From: an uncultured delta proteobacterium
GTDB taxonomy: Bacteria > Desulfobacterota > Binatia > UBA9968
Reading direction: 5' to 3'
DNA length: 64,000 nt
NCBI GenBank assembly: GCA_963745035.1
Contig: CAVUVW010000013.1
Span: 768,001-832,000, forward strand
Positions within the stretch are counted from its first letter, which is position 1. Each line of letters starts with the position of its first letter. A program made the position numbers and the translations under genes. Below, piece after piece: positions 61,906 to 64,000 of the stretch. The notes under the pieces are model-generated. The model was not told the DNA's origin. It was given only the letters and a program-made list of their open reading frames with translations, and did not search any database.

Positions 61906-64000
61906 TCACGCCGGCAGTTCCGCCAGCGCCGCCGCGGCGCGGCTTTGCCAGTGCGTCATTTCCATGGCGCGATAGCGCTCGATGGCCGCGGCGATCTCCG
62001 CGCGCGCCTGCGCCGTCGCGCCGCGCGCCGCTGCCACCGACGCCAGACCCATCCGGCAGTGCGCCGCCAGCGGCCCCATGTGGAGCTCGCTGCAACGCTC
62101 GAACGCTTCGCGATAGAGCGTCTCCGCCTGGTCGGCATTGGGCCGGCTTTGCTGCATCGAAATATCTCCCAGGACTTTCACCGCCCACGCCTCGTGGCCG
62201 CGCTCCTTGTGCTGTTGGGCAAGAGCGAGCGCCCGATTCGCGGCGTCGGCGGCTTCACTAAGCCGTCCGGCAAACAAGTAGCCTTCGGCCAGCGAAGCGG
62301 CGCTCAGCGCCACGAACGCCGCGCGGCCGGAGTTGAGCGATTCGCCGACGCCCTGCTCCAAATACGGCAGAGCTTCGGCGCTCCGGCCGGCATGGGAGTA
62401 GGCGCAACCCAACCGCGACGCGGTGAACGGCACGTAGACGCGGATATTGGCGGAGTGGCAAAGGGCGAGGCTGCGCTCCAGATGTGCGATCGCGGCATCG
62501 AACTCGCCCTGCAACAGGTACAGCATGCCGGCGCTGCACGTCATGTGAATCATGCTGGCGGCGTGGTCGGCTTCTGCGCCGATTTGCATGCCCTCGGCGG
62601 CGAGATCTTTTCCCTCGAAAAAGCGGCCCATCGCGGCCAGGCATTGGACCAGATGGCTGCGGCAAATCACCGACAGCACCGCGGCGGTGCCGAACCGTTC
62701 GTGGCGATGACCGGCGCCGAGCTGCCGCACGCCGCGCATCAACGCTTCGACCGCCAGCGCGTACTGGCCCGTCTTGTTGTAAGCCGCGCCCAGATAGTAG
62801 TTGGTCACGGTGCTCGAAGCGAGATCCGCCTGCACCGCGCCGAGCCGGAGCGCGCGCTGGCCGATCTGGATGGCGCGCTCCGGGTCGCCGGCCAGTCCGT
62901 AATAGCTGTTCAAAAAATTCAGCACCCGGGCGGTGCGCTGCTCGTCGCCGAGTTTTTCCGCCAGCGCCTCGGCGGCGAGCAAGTGCTCGGCCACCCGCGC
63001 CGAGTCGCCGAGCAAGAAAAGCACGTTACGCGCCTCTAGGTGAAGATCGATCTGGCACGCCAGCTTGGCCGGCGAGTCGGCCAGGTGCGAGGCCGCGGCC
63101 AATCCCCGCTCGTAGTCCGATAATGCTTCGAAGAACGCGGATCGCGACATGGCCTTGGCGCCCGCCAGCCGCGAATAGCGCACCGCCTGGTCCCAAAGCT
63201 CACCGCGGGAGGCGTGGTACGCCAGCGCCTCGCTGTGCTCGGCAGGAGGGTCGCTCGCGGTCTCCTCGAGGGCTCGGACGACGCTTGCGTGAATGGCGGT
63301 TCGGCGCTCGTGCAGCAGCGCGTTATAGACCACCTCGTTGGTAAGCGCGTGCTTGAACGTGTACTCCAGCTCGGGAAATAGATTGCTCTCGTACAGGAAC
63401 TCCGCCGCCTGCAGCTCGGCCAGGCACTCCGACAATTCCTCGTCTGCGACGCCGCTCACCGCTCGGAGCAGACCTAACGGTACGATCACGCCGATCACTG
63501 CGGCGGTTTGCAGGAGCTGTTTTTGCAGCGGCGGCAAACGATCGACGCGATCGGCCAAAACCGTGCGCACCGTGCCGGGGATGCGAATGTTGTCGATGGC
63601 GATCCCCGGCCGGTAGGCCCCCTTCGAGCCGGCGAGCGCGCCGGTCTCGGCCAAGGAGCGAACGATCTCCTCGATGAAGAACGGATTGCCGTCGGTGCGT
63701 TTGATCAGGAGTTCCCGCAGCGGCGCGATCTCTTCATGGCTTCCGAGCAGCGATTCGATGAGCTCATGGGCGCCGTCGGCGCTCAGCGGATTCACCTGAA
63801 GCCGGGTGTAGTACTCCTTGCTCTCCCAAGTATGCGTGTAGCCCGGCCGGTAATTCACCAGCAGCAGGATGCGCGAGGACGGCAGACTTTCGACGAGAAG
63901 ATCCAAGAATGTCTGCGTCTCGTCGTCGATCCAATGCAAGTCTTCGAAGATCGCCAGCAGCGGTTGGCGCCGGCTCTCGCACGCAAGCAGTTGGCGCAGC
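61906..64000 (-). CDS. AAA-ATPase/STAND-like protein with TPR C-terminus (family often fused to a class III cyclase); 5' end lies outside the window
   Basis: FEDLHWID Walker-B-like motif, GNPFFIEE, RVDRL, AAVIG, YTFKHAL, followed by helical TPR-like repeats. Confidence 0.85.
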   Translation of the reverse strand, partial: LRQLLACESRRQPLLAIFEDLHWIDDETQTFLDLLVESLPSSRILLLVNYRPGYTHTWESKEYYTRLQVNPLSADGAHELIESLLGSHEEIAPLRELLIKRTDGNPFFIEEIVRSLAETGALAGSKGAYRPGIAIDNIRIPGTVRTVLADRVDRLPPLQKQLLQTAAVIGVIVPLGLLRAVSGVADEELSECLAELQAAEFLYESNLFPELEYTFKHALTNEVVYNALLHERRTAIHASVVRALEETASDPPAEHSEALAYHASRGELWDQAVRYSRLAGAKAMSRSAFFEALSDYERGLAAASHLADSPAKLACQIDLHLEARNVLFLLGDSARVAEHLLAAEALAEKLGDEQRTARVLNFLNSYYGLAGDPERAIQIGQRALRLGAVQADLASSTVTNYYLGAAYNKTGQYALAVEALMRGVRQLGAGHRHERFGTAAVLSVICRSHLVQCLAAMGRFFEGKDLAAEGMQIGAEADHAASMIHMTCSAGMLYLLQGEFDAAIAHLERSLALCHSANIRVYVPFTASRLGCAYSHAGRSAEALPYLEQGVGESLNSGRAAFVALSAASLAEGYLFAGRLSEAADAANRALALAQQHKERGHEAWAVKVLGDISMQQSRPNADQAETLYREAFERCSELHMGPLAAHCRMGLASVAAARGATAQARAEIAAAIERYRAMEMTHWQSRAAAALAELPA

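Overview
GC-rich bacterial chromosomal window. The gene content (many amidohydrolases, orphan solute-binding proteins, UbiD, LLM, hydantoinase, AAA-TPR protein) resembles Candidatus Binatota or related deltaproteobacterial lineages; this placement is inference only. 1-5.1 kb: core genes (tolQRAB; pgk-tpiA-secG-tRNA-Leu(GAG)). 5.4-25.2 kb: accessory and catabolic genes, including an unannotated peroxiredoxin-like selenoprotein (UxxC, in-frame TGA plus a SECIS-like hairpin). 25.3-37.9 kb: a defence/stress island with a type I R-M locus carrying an Mrr-like nuclease and DarTG between hsdS and an internally deleted hsdR, plus Hsp20, toxin-antitoxin genes and a 29-aa membrane peptide. 38-42.7 kb: transport/hydrolase genes and a GxxExxY nuclease gene bracketed by 30-bp inverted repeats. 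42.7-64 kb: two sigma54 activators next to a co-oriented run of AAA-TPR protein, a three-gene four-module TE-less NRPS with unusual A domains, a secreted alpha/beta-hydrolase and a small Lys-rich repeat protein. Several families of short periodic or palindromic repeats occur, nested in one another and inserted in-frame inside proteins. About a dozen single-base frameshifts may be sequencing or assembly errors. All calls are by eye; no database search was run.
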